Of a stretch of 64,000 nucleotides of DNA, positions 10,141 through 20,828 are shown piece by piece (positions within the stretch are counted from its first letter, which is position 1; each line of letters starts with the position of its first letter). The translations under genes and the position numbers were made by a program. The notes beneath the pieces were generated by a model, which did not search any database, was not told the origin of the DNA, and was given only the letters and a program-made list of their open reading frames with translations. The stretch is from Pedobacter sp. (GTDB lineage: Bacteria > Desulfobacterota > Desulfuromonadia > Desulfuromonadales > Syntrophotaleaceae): assembly GCA_050253415.1 (NCBI GenBank), contig JBFWJC010000002.1:64001-128000 (forward strand). The letters are read 5' to 3'.

Positions 10141-11085
10141 TCAGATACTGTCGAGAATTTCCTGTTTTTTGGAACGGAATTCATCGTCGTTGATAAGACC
10201 CTTGTCTTTGAGTTGCTGCAGGATCTGCAGGCGCTGCTCGATTTTATTCAGTCCCATCGGTTCTGCCGGTGCGGCGAGCGGTGCGCCGGAAGCTGAAGTC
10301 TGCTTCATCTGTTCGATAGACTGTTCCATTTTCTGGATTTTCTGCTGAATTTTCTGCTGCTCTGATTCGAATTGAGCGCTGTCTTCCCAGATCTGTGCCG
10401 CTTCACGGAAAGTGTCCGGGGTCGGATTCAATATCAGCCAATCGTATCGCGTGACAACATCGCTGGTGATAGCGCCGTTGGTTTTATATTTCATGCCGAT
10501 CCGGGGCGCAATCGTCCAGTTGGTTGTGCGACGAGTATATTTGCGGCTTCCCGGTACGAGGGGATGCCTGCTCCGGTCAATGTTTTCAGTATGTTTTTCG
10601 TGAAGGGTGCCGATAATCAGGTTGAGTCGATCGTTGTTGATAAACAACCGATAGGTGGACATCTCCGGGGCCGTTTGCCCTTGGTGAATACCGGCAGTAG
10701 CGAAGGTGATATCCTCGTCAGGGCCGGCTTGGGCCAAGCCATGGCTGATGGTTTCACCGAGGATTTCCAGTTCTTCAGGGCTGAAGACCGGTACCGGGTT
10801 CTCCTCTCCCTCGAACTTAACCTCCAGGGAGCCGAGTGTCTTGCGGATCAAGTTGGCGGAGAGGTTGGCGGGGTGGTCGTTGGACGCTACCATAATGCTG
10901 TCGCGGTCCTGACTTTCGATACGCACGAACTGGTCTTGATTCGTCCAGATAACCGACTTCACATTGGAGTTTGCACTCTTCTGTAGATTGGCACCGCAAC
11001 CGGCAAGGGACAGAGCCAGGACCGTTGAGATAATCATAACCCCATACAACATTGCAGATTTACCTGAAACAGCCTTGCTCCTCAT
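10141..11085 (-). CDS. SHOCT-domain lipoprotein
   Basis: LAGC lipobox; C-terminal LQQLKDKGLINDDEFRSKKQEIL SHOCT motif. Confidence 0.8.
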   Translation of the reverse strand: MRSKAVSGKSAMLYGVMIISTVLALSLAGCGANLQKSANSNVKSVIWTNQDQFVRIESQDRDSIMVASNDHPANLSANLIRKTLGSLEVKFEGEENPVPVFSPEELEILGETISHGLAQAGPDEDITFATAGIHQGQTAPEMSTYRLFINNDRLNLIIGTLHEKHTENIDRSRHPLVPGSRKYTRRTTNWTIAPRIGMKYKTNGAITSDVVTRYDWLILNPTPDTFREAAQIWEDSAQFESEQQKIQQKIQKMEQSIEQMKQTSASGAPLAAPAEPMGLNKIEQRLQILQQLKDKGLINDDEFRSKKQEILDSI

Positions 11086-11432
11086 TGAAATCTCCTTCGA
11101 TCGAATGGATAAGTAGTCGATTGCGATTTCGTGATAATAGGATTGAAACGGTAAGAGGTCAAACAGTTTTTGGGCTTTTGGTACTTTCTGTATACGCCAT
11201 AGCGCGGAATGTAAGGGTTTGGAACAGAAAGATGGTTTGCCTGTCTGGTTGCCCGGCTCTGATAGTCGGAAGTTTCCAGTCGGGTATCGATTTTATATCG
11301 ATGCGAACCAGTGTTACAGAACCTTCAAGGCTGTGAACACATGCAAGCACCTTGCAAAAGGCCCCTGTACAAAAAAAGGAAAGGGGGCTGTTGCCCCCTT
11401 TCCCGGATGGTGCGCGAATGTATTTTGATAGC

Positions 11433-12440
11433 TTAGAGGTTGTCGAGAATTTCCTGCCTCTTGGCCTGGTATTCGTCTTCGCTGATAAGCTCTTCGTCTC
11501 GCAGGTCCTTCAGCCGGCGCAGGCGGATTTTGATGGAATCCGTTGCCTCGGTTTGGGCCGGTTGCACAATGGCGGGAGCGGCGGACGGAGCCTGTTTCAT
11601 GGACTTCATGTCTTGCTTCAAGGCTTCCAGTTCAGCACGCAGACGCTCCTGTTCGGCGCTGACCTGGGCGCTTTCCTGACGTACCTGGCTGGCTTCCTGG
11701 AAGGCTGCCTTGGCCGTTTCTTTGGCGGCCTGTTTCTCGGCACGAACAGCTTGCCAGAGTTTAGGGTTGGGATCCAGGATAAGCCAGTTATAGCGTTCGA
11801 TGTCGCCCTGTTTTTTTGTTTCAACGCCAGCTTGTTGAGAAACTCCCCAAGGTTCGGCCGGTTCCCAAGAGCGAGGGGCTTTGTATTTACGGCTGCCGGG
11901 CAGGAAAGGATGCATGCGGCGGTCTTCTTCTTCGTCATAGTCTTCGTGTAGGCGGCCCAGGATCAAGTTGAGTTTACCCTGGGAAAAAAAGATCCGGCCG
12001 GTGGTCACGGAACGATCATGGGAGAAAGAGACCAAGCCTCTGTGGATGCCGACAATAGCAAAGGCAACATCCTCTTTGGGGGTCGCTGCAGCCAAGGCCT
12101 GGCTGACTGCATCCTGCAGAATATTCAGCTCTGCAAAGGTAAACAGTGGTTCGCGCTTGTCCCGCCCGGGGTAATTTATTTCCAGGGTGCCAAGCATATC
12201 CCGAATCAGTTCCGGTTTCAGGGTGACCGGATGAGCGTTTTGCTCTGTTGGTTGCTCACCACGATCTTGCGGCTCCAAACGAACATATTGGTCCCGGTGC
12301 TTCCAGAAACTCTTTTGGGTGCCTGCTTGAGCATCGGGCAGTGCGATTGAAACATTTATTATCGCCAGGGCCAAAAACAACGCGGCGAGAGGTTTGACCC
12401 GGACGGCGGCAATCCGCCGAAAAACAGCGTATTTCTCCAT
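11433..12440 (-). CDS. SHOCT-domain secreted protein, paralog of 10141-11085
   Basis: Signal peptide; shares DQ(F/Y)VR.E.QDR, N.HP..L, LNLI.G.LHE, PGSRKY, Y.WLIL.P; C-terminal SHOCT. Confidence 0.8.
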   Translation of the reverse strand: MEKYAVFRRIAAVRVKPLAALFLALAIINVSIALPDAQAGTQKSFWKHRDQYVRLEPQDRGEQPTEQNAHPVTLKPELIRDMLGTLEINYPGRDKREPLFTFAELNILQDAVSQALAAATPKEDVAFAIVGIHRGLVSFSHDRSVTTGRIFFSQGKLNLILGRLHEDYDEEEDRRMHPFLPGSRKYKAPRSWEPAEPWGVSQQAGVETKKQGDIERYNWLILDPNPKLWQAVRAEKQAAKETAKAAFQEASQVRQESAQVSAEQERLRAELEALKQDMKSMKQAPSAAPAIVQPAQTEATDSIKIRLRRLKDLRDEELISEDEYQAKRQEILDNL

Positions 12441-12910
12441 TATTTAATCTCCTTGGCAATACATAGGGATAACCATCGAAAAAGCCTCTTCGATAATAGA
12501 ATTTGAGGGCCGGCAGGTCAAACACTTTTTGGTCGGAAGCAAGTCGGGTTTTTACATAAAAAAAGCGGGTCACAGGGTGCGACCCGCTCGATGCCATGCA
12601 TATAAAGTCCAGTTTTACTTCGGATGTGCTGCTTCGTAGGATTGCATTCCTTCATCAACGGTAAATTCAACACCGCATGTCGTACATTTGAGCAATGTTT
12701 TTTCACTTACGGTCTTTTTGGCTGGCGTGCAACCCATCATAAGAAGGAGCATTAACAGGCCAGCTAAAGCTATGATTCTACGCATGGTATTTATCCTTTC
12801 GACAGAATTGACAAAAGAGTTATTCGAGATCGATAAAACCCATCAATTACAGTTTTATGTTACCAGCGAGAACTCACAAGCTGCAACCACTTGTTTTATT
12901 GCATTACAAC

Positions 12911-12938
12911 TCGGGCCCCTTAAACAACGGGGCCCGAG
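12911..12938 (-). terminator. Hairpin downstream of porin
   Basis: tcgggcccc-N-ggggcccga. Confidence 0.5.
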
Positions 12939-12957
12939 AGTGCATGGTATTGTCCGA

Positions 12958-14193
12958 TTACCAGACGAAGAAGGTGCCGAGGTTGATCAGGTCGACTTTC
13001 TGGTCGGAACCGTCAAACCACTGGTTTTCGGCAATACTGTACTCGAAAACCAGTTTCAAGAAGGGGTTGATGTCGTGGGAGACCAGGAAGGTCAGCATGT
13101 TCTGCTCTTCCAGTTCGGCATCGCCGCCGCCTGTGCGTACACCTTTTTCATAACTGGTTTCATCCATTTCATTGGCGCCGTAACAGATGCCCAGTTTGGT
13201 TTTGCCGTACGCGTTGTCAAAGGTATAGGTACCCTGCAGCAGGTAGCCCATGCTGTCACGTTCTTCGTTAACCGGGTCAAGTGAATCGGTGTCGAGCATC
13301 AGGGTTGAACCGAGAGCCTGGCCGCCAAAGCCGGAAGCAACCAACTCAAATCCCATGAAACCAACCTGGATACCGCCGCCGTAGCCGTTCGCTTCGACGC
13401 TGTCACCAGTGTCCTGGAACTCGGCTTCCTGGTAGAGGAAGTTACCCCAGACTTTGTAGGTGGTGTCTCCGTAAGCGCCGGCGTAGGACAGTTCGCCCTC
13501 AACGCGCGGGGTTGTGGTTTTTGTAGCAAAGCGGGCTGCGCCATCGCCGATGGCACCGCTGGTACCGATCTGGCTGGGATCGTATATGCCGAGAGCCAGC
13601 TTGAAGCCATGGAAATCGGGGGTGGTGTAACGGACCTGGGCGTTGAACTGGGGATAGATGTAGCCGTAGCCGATGTTGCCCAGGGTGGTGCCGCCGCCGC
13701 CGACTGCGCCAGCGATGCCGGAGCCCATCAGGGACATGGCGGTCAGAGTGTTCTGGCCGAGGAACAGGCTGAGGCCTTTACCTACCATCACCTGACCGAA
13801 ATTGCCGTCCACCGTGAAAAAGATTTCACGAAGGTCGATCTGGGTGCTGAAGCTGTTTTTAGTGTTGGCGTTCTGCGGGTTGGGGTAGAAACCAACACGG
13901 GCCGCCATATCGAGGCCGCCGATGGTCGGAGCCTTGATGTTGAAGGCCAGGATGCCGGGCAAAAAGCCGCTGCGCAGGCGGAAGCCTTCTTGGTCGTCCG
14001 ACAGGGTGATGCCGTTGAGGACACCGGAGGGACGTGCGTCGCCGGTCTGGTAGATGCCGAACAGGTTAACCATGCCGTCGGTGCTGAAGGACCAGCCGTC
14101 GGAGCCGCCTACAACAACAGCGGCCTGGGCACTGCTGGCAAGGAAGAGCAGAGCGGCCAGTACGGCCAGGATATTGAATTTGCGAGATTTCAT
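12958..14193 (-). CDS. Outer-membrane porin
   Basis: Signal peptide, alternating beta-strand pattern, QVRYTTPDF motif, terminal aromatic residue (FFVW). Confidence 0.85.
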   Translation of the reverse strand: MKSRKFNILAVLAALLFLASSAQAAVVVGGSDGWSFSTDGMVNLFGIYQTGDARPSGVLNGITLSDDQEGFRLRSGFLPGILAFNIKAPTIGGLDMAARVGFYPNPQNANTKNSFSTQIDLREIFFTVDGNFGQVMVGKGLSLFLGQNTLTAMSLMGSGIAGAVGGGGTTLGNIGYGYIYPQFNAQVRYTTPDFHGFKLALGIYDPSQIGTSGAIGDGAARFATKTTTPRVEGELSYAGAYGDTTYKVWGNFLYQEAEFQDTGDSVEANGYGGGIQVGFMGFELVASGFGGQALGSTLMLDTDSLDPVNEERDSMGYLLQGTYTFDNAYGKTKLGICYGANEMDETSYEKGVRTGGGDAELEEQNMLTFLVSHDINPFLKLVFEYSIAENQWFDGSDQKVDLINLGTFFVW

Positions 14194-14518
14194 GCGGTCT
14201 TACCTCCTGAATCCAAGAATGAAAAAATTTGTTTCCATCCGCTTACATTAAAACTTGCTGGTGGATTGGGCGCCTTGGGGGCCCGATCCGTAGGTAACCT
14301 CGGCCATTCGATTCTGCCTGATGCGGGTGCCGGAGCGGGTCGGGTAGATCCGGTACGGAGTGGCCTGCATGCCTCCCCTGCCTGCATCATTCGAAAGGCT
14401 TTGGTCGATAAACCTCCCATAGAAAAGCGTAAGGATAAATCCGGGCCTGAAAATTAACGTTTTCACCTCCTTTTGAAGGCCCTATGGTGAAGAAAAATAA
14501 ACAGCCGTTCTATCGAGC

Positions 14519-14533
14519 GCAATTTCGGTGCCA
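14519..14533 (-). promoter_or_regulatory. sigma-54 (-24/-12) promoter upstream of porin
   Basis: Minus strand TGGCACCGAAATTGC matches TGGCAC-N5-TTGC exactly. Confidence 0.7.
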
Positions 14534-15050
14534 TATTAGCTGTGCGACGACGAGGTTTTAAAAACAATTTGTAATACAGTAGCTTATGTAAAATTTGAAT
14601 TCCGTAAACGATAAGCTGCCAATTCAAACTGGCGCAAAAAGTTCCATATTGTGTCTAAGTGTTACAAAATGGCGTTTAAGTTGTTCGTGTGATGGTGAAA
14701 GATTCAGGGGGGATGACCTTTTTTGGCAGCAATGTCTCCCCAAGTCCTATCGCTAAGATGCCGAAAACAGATAAAAACGATAGAAGCAAAAGTAAATTGC
14801 ACATACTGTAACGAGTTTTAGCGGATTTGCAATATGTGGGGTGTAAAGATTTGCTCGAAACTTTGTATCATTTTGTCGCATGCAGATATTTTTTTTATTC
14901 GCTGCCTGTGGTGATTGTCCGCAAAATAATGTTTTATGGATTCGGTGGTTGTCGCGTTTGTCCACAGGCAATGCGAATGAAAGTATTTTCGGAGCGGTCT
15001 GCTATGCTTGCTGGTATCGGTGGCGTGTTTGCGACTTGGAGAAGGGGGCG

Positions 15051-15503
15051 ATGGCTGTGGAAAGTGCGGATGAGTTGAAGGGCCAGATCAATGAGTTATT
15101 GGCAGGGCAGCAACTTGCGGTCCTGGCTACCCGGAGCGATGGCGCACCGCACACCAGTTTGGTTGCCTTTCGGGTCTCTGCGGATCTGCGTCACCTGTTA
15201 TTTGTAACGGGGCGTGCTACGCGAAAATTCAATTTTTTGCAAAGCGACAATCGCGCCTCACTTTTAATCGACAATCGGTCTCATCAATCCTCGGATTTTC
15301 GTCTGGCCATGGCGTTGACGGCCCGTGGGAGGGTCAAGGAGGTTGACGGTAAGGGGCATATGGCGATGTTGACTTCATACGTTGAACGTTTCCCCTGTCT
15401 GGAGGAATTTGCCCGTTCGCCCGGAACCGCACTCATGTGTCTGGAAGTCGACCGGTATTCTCTGGTACGCCGCTTTCAGGACGTGGTGGAGTTGATATTC
15501 TGA
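15051..15503 (+). CDS. Pyridoxamine 5'-phosphate oxidase-like FMN-binding protein
   Basis: AVLAT..DG.PHTSLVAF, T.RATRK..L..DNR split-barrel pattern. Confidence 0.8.
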   Translation: MAVESADELKGQINELLAGQQLAVLATRSDGAPHTSLVAFRVSADLRHLLFVTGRATRKFNFLQSDNRASLLIDNRSHQSSDFRLAMALTARGRVKEVDGKGHMAMLTSYVERFPCLEEFARSPGTALMCLEVDRYSLVRRFQDVVELIF

Positions 15504-15504
15504 T

Positions 15505-17700
15505 ATGAGCATGGTGGTGGATCTTACCTCAGCGCAGGAGATGTCGCGCAGTCAGATCGGCGGCAAGGCCATGGCTCTGGCGCGATGGCAGTCGCGGGGC
15601 GCGCAGGTACCTGCTGGAGTGGTCGTGACCACCTCGGCATATCACCGCTTCATATCTGAAACCAGGCTGGCCAACGCACTGCATATGGAGTTGGGTCGCA
15701 AAGATTTTGCCCAGATGCGTTGGGAGGAATTGTGGGACGCGGCTTTGCGTATCCGACACCTGTTTCTCGACACGCCTTTGCCCCCCGACCTTGAGGAAGG
15801 GCTTGCTGCATCCATGCCGGAATTTTTGTTGGTGCTGCCGGTAGCGGTTCGATCCTCGGCTCCGGAAGAAGACGGCGGCAAACAGTCGTTTGCCGGTCTG
15901 CATGAATCGTACGTTCATGTGCATGGCTGGCCGGCAGTAAAGTCCTGCATTCAGCTGGTGTGGGCATCCCTGTGGTCCGACCGGGCGCTTTTGTATCGGC
16001 AGGAATTAGGGCTCGGCGTCGAACATAGCGCCATGGCGGTTCTCATTCAGACCCTGGTGGTCGGGCAACGTTCCGGGATCGCTTTCAGCCGTAGCCCCGA
16101 GCATGCCGACGAGGCTGTGGTAGAGGCCGTGTGGGGGTTGAACCAGGGGTTGGTGGATGGAATCGTGGAGCCCGATCGCTGGCGCCTGGACCGCACTAGC
16201 GGAGCGATCCTTGAGCATGTGGCGCCGCACCGGCTTCACCAATTCGTTCCGGTCGGTGAAGAGCTGCAACGCCAGCAGCTGTCAGCATGTCAGGCTAATT
16301 GTGCGCCTCTGGACAAGGACGCGTTGCAGCAGGTATGGCAGCTGGCGGCCAGTGCGGAGCAGGTTTTCGGTTCGCCGCAAGATGTGGAATGGACCCTGAA
16401 TCCACAAGGTCTGTGGGCTTTGCAGGCGCGGCCGATCACCGGTCTGGCAGGGAGTGGTGATGATGAGCGCGGCTGGTACCTGAGTTTGCGGCGCAGTGTC
16501 GATCAGCTGGAGGATCTCCGTCATTGTTTGGAAACCCATCTTTTGCCGGCCATGGGAAAACGCACGGCCTTCTGGCAGGAGGTACTTGGTGCAACGCTGT
16601 CGACGCAGGAGATAACGACTGTCCTGTCGAAGCTGGGTCGCGAGATAGGGCGGTGGCGCAACGCCTATCGGCAGCTGTGTATTCCCATGGCGCACGGCAT
16701 GAGGCTGTTCGGTCAATTTTATAACGATACCGTGCACCCCGATGATCCCTTTGCTTTTGTCTCCCTTCTCGGGGATGAAACGCTGCTCAGTGTGCAACGT
16801 AACCGCGCTTTGCTGGAAATGGCCGAACGGCTGCGCCGTGCGCCGGAGCTGGTTACCCGGCTGAAAAACGGAGGTCGTCTGCCCGAAACGCATCCTTTGG
16901 CTAAGCGCGTGGAGGACTTCGATGCCGATTGGGGCGAGCTTTTGTGGCCGGGCGAGGCTGCTGAAAAGCGAATCAAGGCTTTGTGGCGGTTGTTGCTGCA
17001 GGCTGCGGAAAAAGCAGGGTGTGGCCATAGCTTGCATGGTCTGAATCGGGAAGATTTTATGAACGAGGTGCCCGCCGAGCGGCGCCTGTTTGCCGCGCGT
17101 CTGCTTGAGATAGCCCGTGCCAGTTACCGCCTGCGAGATGACGATAATATCTATCTCGGTCGTCTTGAGGCCTGCCTGAAAACCGCGGCAGCAGAAGGGC
17201 GGAGGCGATTGGCCACGGAGTCCATTCCCGACTTGCAGCGGGCGTTGGCGCAGGTTGAGACCCTGCTGGCAAAAGGTTCGAAAACGCAACCCGTGCAGGT
17301 CAGCTGCCCCGCTCCCTGGCAACAGGTGGTGGCGCGGCAGTTGGTCGGACAACCCGCCGGCCCGGGATTGGCGAGGGGCCGGGCCCGGGTGATCCGGGAC
17401 AATGGGGAGCTTGCAGACTTTCAAAAGGGTGAAATCCTGGTCTGCGATGCGGTTGATCCGGTCATGACCGTGGTGGCGCCGTTGGCGGCAGCGATCGTAG
17501 AGCGACGCGGCGGCATGCTGATCCACGGAGCCATTATTGCCCGGGAATACGGCTTGGCCTGCGTGACCGGAGTGCCGGATGCCACCGACGTCATTCAGAA
17601 CGGGGACCGTTTGACGGTCGACGGGTATCTGGGCATCGTGATACGGCATGGAACAGAGGTATTGGATCCGCATTCCCCCGGTGGGGCAGAACACTTTTGA
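15505..17700 (+). CDS. PEP-synthase/PPDK-like phosphotransferase (ATP-grasp + His swivel, RPH-like layout)
   Basis: GGKA, VAVRSSAPEED..SFAG, QDVEW, LQARPIT; C-terminal GGMLIHGAIIAREYG swivel motif. Confidence 0.85.
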   Translation: MSMVVDLTSAQEMSRSQIGGKAMALARWQSRGAQVPAGVVVTTSAYHRFISETRLANALHMELGRKDFAQMRWEELWDAALRIRHLFLDTPLPPDLEEGLAASMPEFLLVLPVAVRSSAPEEDGGKQSFAGLHESYVHVHGWPAVKSCIQLVWASLWSDRALLYRQELGLGVEHSAMAVLIQTLVVGQRSGIAFSRSPEHADEAVVEAVWGLNQGLVDGIVEPDRWRLDRTSGAILEHVAPHRLHQFVPVGEELQRQQLSACQANCAPLDKDALQQVWQLAASAEQVFGSPQDVEWTLNPQGLWALQARPITGLAGSGDDERGWYLSLRRSVDQLEDLRHCLETHLLPAMGKRTAFWQEVLGATLSTQEITTVLSKLGREIGRWRNAYRQLCIPMAHGMRLFGQFYNDTVHPDDPFAFVSLLGDETLLSVQRNRALLEMAERLRRAPELVTRLKNGGRLPETHPLAKRVEDFDADWGELLWPGEAAEKRIKALWRLLLQAAEKAGCGHSLHGLNREDFMNEVPAERRLFAARLLEIARASYRLRDDDNIYLGRLEACLKTAAAEGRRRLATESIPDLQRALAQVETLLAKGSKTQPVQVSCPAPWQQVVARQLVGQPAGPGLARGRARVIRDNGELADFQKGEILVCDAVDPVMTVVAPLAAAIVERRGGMLIHGAIIAREYGLACVTGVPDATDVIQNGDRLTVDGYLGIVIRHGTEVLDPHSPGGAEHF

Positions 17701-17742
17701 GGATGTTGGCCCGGGGGCAAACCCGAACAACAGGAGGCGACC

Positions 17743-17961
17743 ATGACCTACGGCAAGGAACGGGTGTATAAAAAGGTGGAAGTCATCGGGGTTTCACCGG
17801 TCAGCATCGAAGACGCTATCAAGTCGGCTTTGCACCGGGCCCATCATAGTCTCGAACGGGTATCCTGGTTTGAGGTGGAAGAGGTGCGCGGGCATGTCGA
17901 CGAAAAGGGCGAGGTCAGCGAATATCAGGTGGTGCTCAAGGTGGCGTTCCAACTCAAATAG
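17743..17961 (+). CDS. Dodecin (flavin-binding)
   Basis: VYKKVEVIGVS..SIEDAI..WFEV.E.RG..EYQV.LKVAF. Confidence 0.92.
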   Translation: MTYGKERVYKKVEVIGVSPVSIEDAIKSALHRAHHSLERVSWFEVEEVRGHVDEKGEVSEYQVVLKVAFQLK

Positions 17962-18042
17962 TTTGCCCTCTGAATGCAGGTCAAACCGGTGATTTGTTTA
18001 ATCCTGTTTTCATGTGGGAAAAGAGTCGTTTCCGGATGAAAA

Positions 18043-18798
18043 CTACCCCAGCAGCAGTTTGACGGCAAACACCGCTACCGCAAGGGACACGACCCGTTTC
18101 ATCCAGGCGTGTCCCTTTTTTACCGCCAGGTGGGCGGCCAGCCATCCTCCGGCGGCGTTGCCGGCGGCCAGCGACAGGCCGAGCTGATAGTTGACCTGTC
18201 CGTGCCGAATGAAGACGCCAAGCGCAATCAGGGTGAAAAAGAACACCACGGTGACCTTGATGGCATTGGTCTGCACCAGATCGAGGCCCTGAAACAGCAA
18301 TCCGGCAATAATCAGAAATCCGACCCCCGCCTGGACGAAGCCGCCATATACGCCGATAGAGAAAAAGCTCGCCAGTAAGACGACAATCTTGCCTGCCGAA
18401 AGCTGCAATGCCCGTCCTTGCAGGCGTTTGGCCGGATCCCACAGCGTAAGCGCCAGTACCCCGAGCATGATTCCCGCCAGCAGTTTCTGGAACAGAGCGT
18501 CGTCGATCTGCACGGCCAGACGCGCACCAAAATAGCTGCCGAGGACCGCCGGTGCCGCGCAGAGCAGGGCCAGCCGCCAGGACAAGACGCCAAGCCGGTG
18601 AAAGCCGGTGATGGCGAACAGGTTCTGCACCAGGATGGCGATACGGTTGGTACCGTTGGCGGTGGCAGCCGGCAGCCCCATGAAGATCAACAGGGGCAGG
18701 GTCAGCAGGGAGCCGCCGCCGGCCAGCACGTTAAGGACTCCAGCCATCACGCCGACCAGCGCCAGTAGCAACATGTGCGGCCACGATGGATCGGTCAT
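18043..18798 (-). CDS. Sulfite exporter TauE/SafE family
   Basis: AGGGSLLTLP, ANGTNR, GVYGGFVQAGVG; multiple TM segments. Confidence 0.88.
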   Translation of the reverse strand: MTDPSWPHMLLLALVGVMAGVLNVLAGGGSLLTLPLLIFMGLPAATANGTNRIAILVQNLFAITGFHRLGVLSWRLALLCAAPAVLGSYFGARLAVQIDDALFQKLLAGIMLGVLALTLWDPAKRLQGRALQLSAGKIVVLLASFFSIGVYGGFVQAGVGFLIIAGLLFQGLDLVQTNAIKVTVVFFFTLIALGVFIRHGQVNYQLGLSLAAGNAAGGWLAAHLAVKKGHAWMKRVVSLAVAVFAVKLLLG

Positions 18799-19553
18799 GG
18801 CGTTTTGGCCAGCAGGGTTTGAATCACGTCGCCGGCCATGGTCAAGCCGAACATCGGCGGAATATAGGAGGAGCTGCCGAGGGTGACACGTTGTCTTGCC
18901 GGTGTCGCTTCCGGGGACGGCGCCGGCAGGTTGGAGGGGACCGAAGGCTCGTCACTGAGGGGACGGTATTCTTCCAGGGAATAGACCACCCGGACGCCCT
19001 TGCGGATACCTCGCCGGCCGAGTTCCTTGCGGATGACGCGGGCCATGCGGCATTTCTGGGTATGGGACAGATCGCCGACCCGGATCAGGCTGGTGTCGAG
19101 TTTGTTGGCGGCGCCCATGGCGGATATGACCGGAATGCCTCGCTGCCTGCAACTTTCGATGAGGTGCAGCTTGGCGGTAATGCTGTCGATGCAGTCGAGC
19201 AGATAGTCGTACCCCTCTGCCAGCAGTTCCGCGTCGGTGTCGGCGCTGTAAAACACATGCCGGGCGCGCACATCGACTTCGGGGTTGATGGCCAGACAGC
19301 GCTCGGCCATGACATCCACCTTGCGGCGTCCCACGGTGTATTCCAGAGCGTGGATCTGGCGGTTGATGTTGCTCGGCATGATGGTGTCGAAATCGACCAG
19401 GGTCAGGCGTCCGACGCCGGCACGGACCAGCGCTTCGGTAGCATAGCTACCGACTCCGCCGACCCCTATCACGGCAATGGATGCGCCGGCCAGAGATTGC
19501 AGACCGTCGCTGCCGATGAGGCGTTCCAGGCGGGAAAAGCGATGTTCTTGCAT
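18795..19553 (-). CDS. tcdA: tRNA threonylcarbamoyladenosine dehydratase (ThiF family)
   Basis: GVGGVGS, SNINRQ, DCID, GAANKLD, VVYSLE. Confidence 0.88.
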   Translation of the reverse strand: MQEHRFSRLERLIGSDGLQSLAGASIAVIGVGGVGSYATEALVRAGVGRLTLVDFDTIMPSNINRQIHALEYTVGRRKVDVMAERCLAINPEVDVRARHVFYSADTDAELLAEGYDYLLDCIDSITAKLHLIESCRQRGIPVISAMGAANKLDTSLIRVGDLSHTQKCRMARVIRKELGRRGIRKGVRVVYSLEEYRPLSDEPSVPSNLPAPSPEATPARQRVTLGSSSYIPPMFGLTMAGDVIQTLLAKTP

Positions 19554-19585
19554 GGCTGTAAAACCTTTCAAACAGAGTCGTTATT

Positions 19586-20374
19586 TCAATCGGAGCCAAG
19601 CCGCAGCAGGCGCCCGGCATTGGCAGTGGTGATACGGGCGGTCTGGTCCGGGGTCCAATGCCGCAGGGAACCGACCTGTTCGGCGATCAACCGCAGGTAG
19701 CATGGGCGGTTGACTTGCCCCCGGTACGGGGCGGGCGGCAGATCCGGTGCGTCGCTTTCCAGCACGATCCAGTCGGCCGGCAAAGCCTGCAGCACCTGCG
19801 GGGCGCGGCGTGCCCCTGGCCACGTCAACGGCCCACCGAAGGCCAGGCCGAAGCCGAGCTCAATCGCGGCAAGGGCCGTTTCCAGGCTGCCGGAGAAGCC
19901 GTGCCAGATCCCGCCCACGCGGGCTGCCCCTTGCTGTCGCAAAATCTCCAGCAGGCGCCCGGTGGCCTTACGGCAGTGCAGCACCATCGGCAGGCCTGCG
20001 GCCACGGCTATTCGTATCTGATCCCGCAAGGCCTGCTCCTGCATGGCTGCCGGAGGCATGCCGGGCGTGCCGTCCAGACCTATTTCGCCCACGGCTGCGA
20101 CAGCCTCGCTGGAAAGCAGTTCTTCGAGTGCGGCCGCAGCCTCGGGATTCCAGTCGGCGCTCGCCAGAGGGTGTACCCCGGGGGCGGCAAGTGCGCCAGG
20201 TATGGATTCAACCACCGAGAGCAGGGCATGCCAGTCCCGGGGGAGTACGCCCGGCACCAGAAAGTGGCCGATGCCCTTGCGTCGGGCCTGTGCCGCTTCG
20301 GATACGGGGTCCATCTCCGCCGGCAGGCGATCGAAGTGGACATGGGTGTCGAACAGCATCGGATAATTTTCCAT
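19586..20374 (-). CDS. TatD family hydrolase
   Basis: DTHVH, GVHP, GEIGLD, LHCRKA, HGFSGS, ESDAP. Confidence 0.92.
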   Translation of the reverse strand: MENYPMLFDTHVHFDRLPAEMDPVSEAAQARRKGIGHFLVPGVLPRDWHALLSVVESIPGALAAPGVHPLASADWNPEAAAALEELLSSEAVAAVGEIGLDGTPGMPPAAMQEQALRDQIRIAVAAGLPMVLHCRKATGRLLEILRQQGAARVGGIWHGFSGSLETALAAIELGFGLAFGGPLTWPGARRAPQVLQALPADWIVLESDAPDLPPAPYRGQVNRPCYLRLIAEQVGSLRHWTPDQTARITTANAGRLLRLGSD

Positions 20375-20545
20375 GGTGCCATTATGCTAGCACACGCACC
20401 GGGCCCGGGGAAGATGCCGCAGTTGCGAAAGAGCAGGCCGGGAGAGTATGCGTCCTCCGGACATTCAAATATTCATATTGTAATATATGTTGCAGATGTG
20501 TTATTTATATCGCCAGCTTATACCATTTTATGACAGGAGATTGAC

Positions 20546-20803
20546 ATGAACATCCGATATCAGACTCAAAATACCTGCGCCCGTCTTATCGATATCCAGC
20601 TTGAAGGTGACGTCGTGACCGGCGTGCAATTTTCCGGCGGTTGTTCCGGCAATGCCCAGGGTGTTGGTGCCCTGGTGAAAAATCGTCCCATGGGCGAAGT
20701 TGTCCAACTGCTGCGCGGTATCGACTGCGGCGGCAAGGGCACCAGCTGCCCCGATCAACTGGCGAAGGCTCTGCAAGAAAAGATGGCGTGTACATCCCGC
20801 TGA
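20546..20803 (+). CDS. TIGR03905-like TSCPD-domain protein
   Basis: TC..I, GGC.GN.QG, GI.CG.KGTSCPDQL. Confidence 0.85.
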   Translation: MNIRYQTQNTCARLIDIQLEGDVVTGVQFSGGCSGNAQGVGALVKNRPMGEVVQLLRGIDCGGKGTSCPDQLAKALQEKMACTSR

Positions 20804-20828
20804 GACGCGAAATAGTTTAATGCACCAT

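Noticed and set aside
14248..14466. 72-aa leader ORF or known riboswitch upstream of the porin
   Set aside because: The GTG start overlaps its own SD-like sequence, and I recognise no riboswitch consensus.
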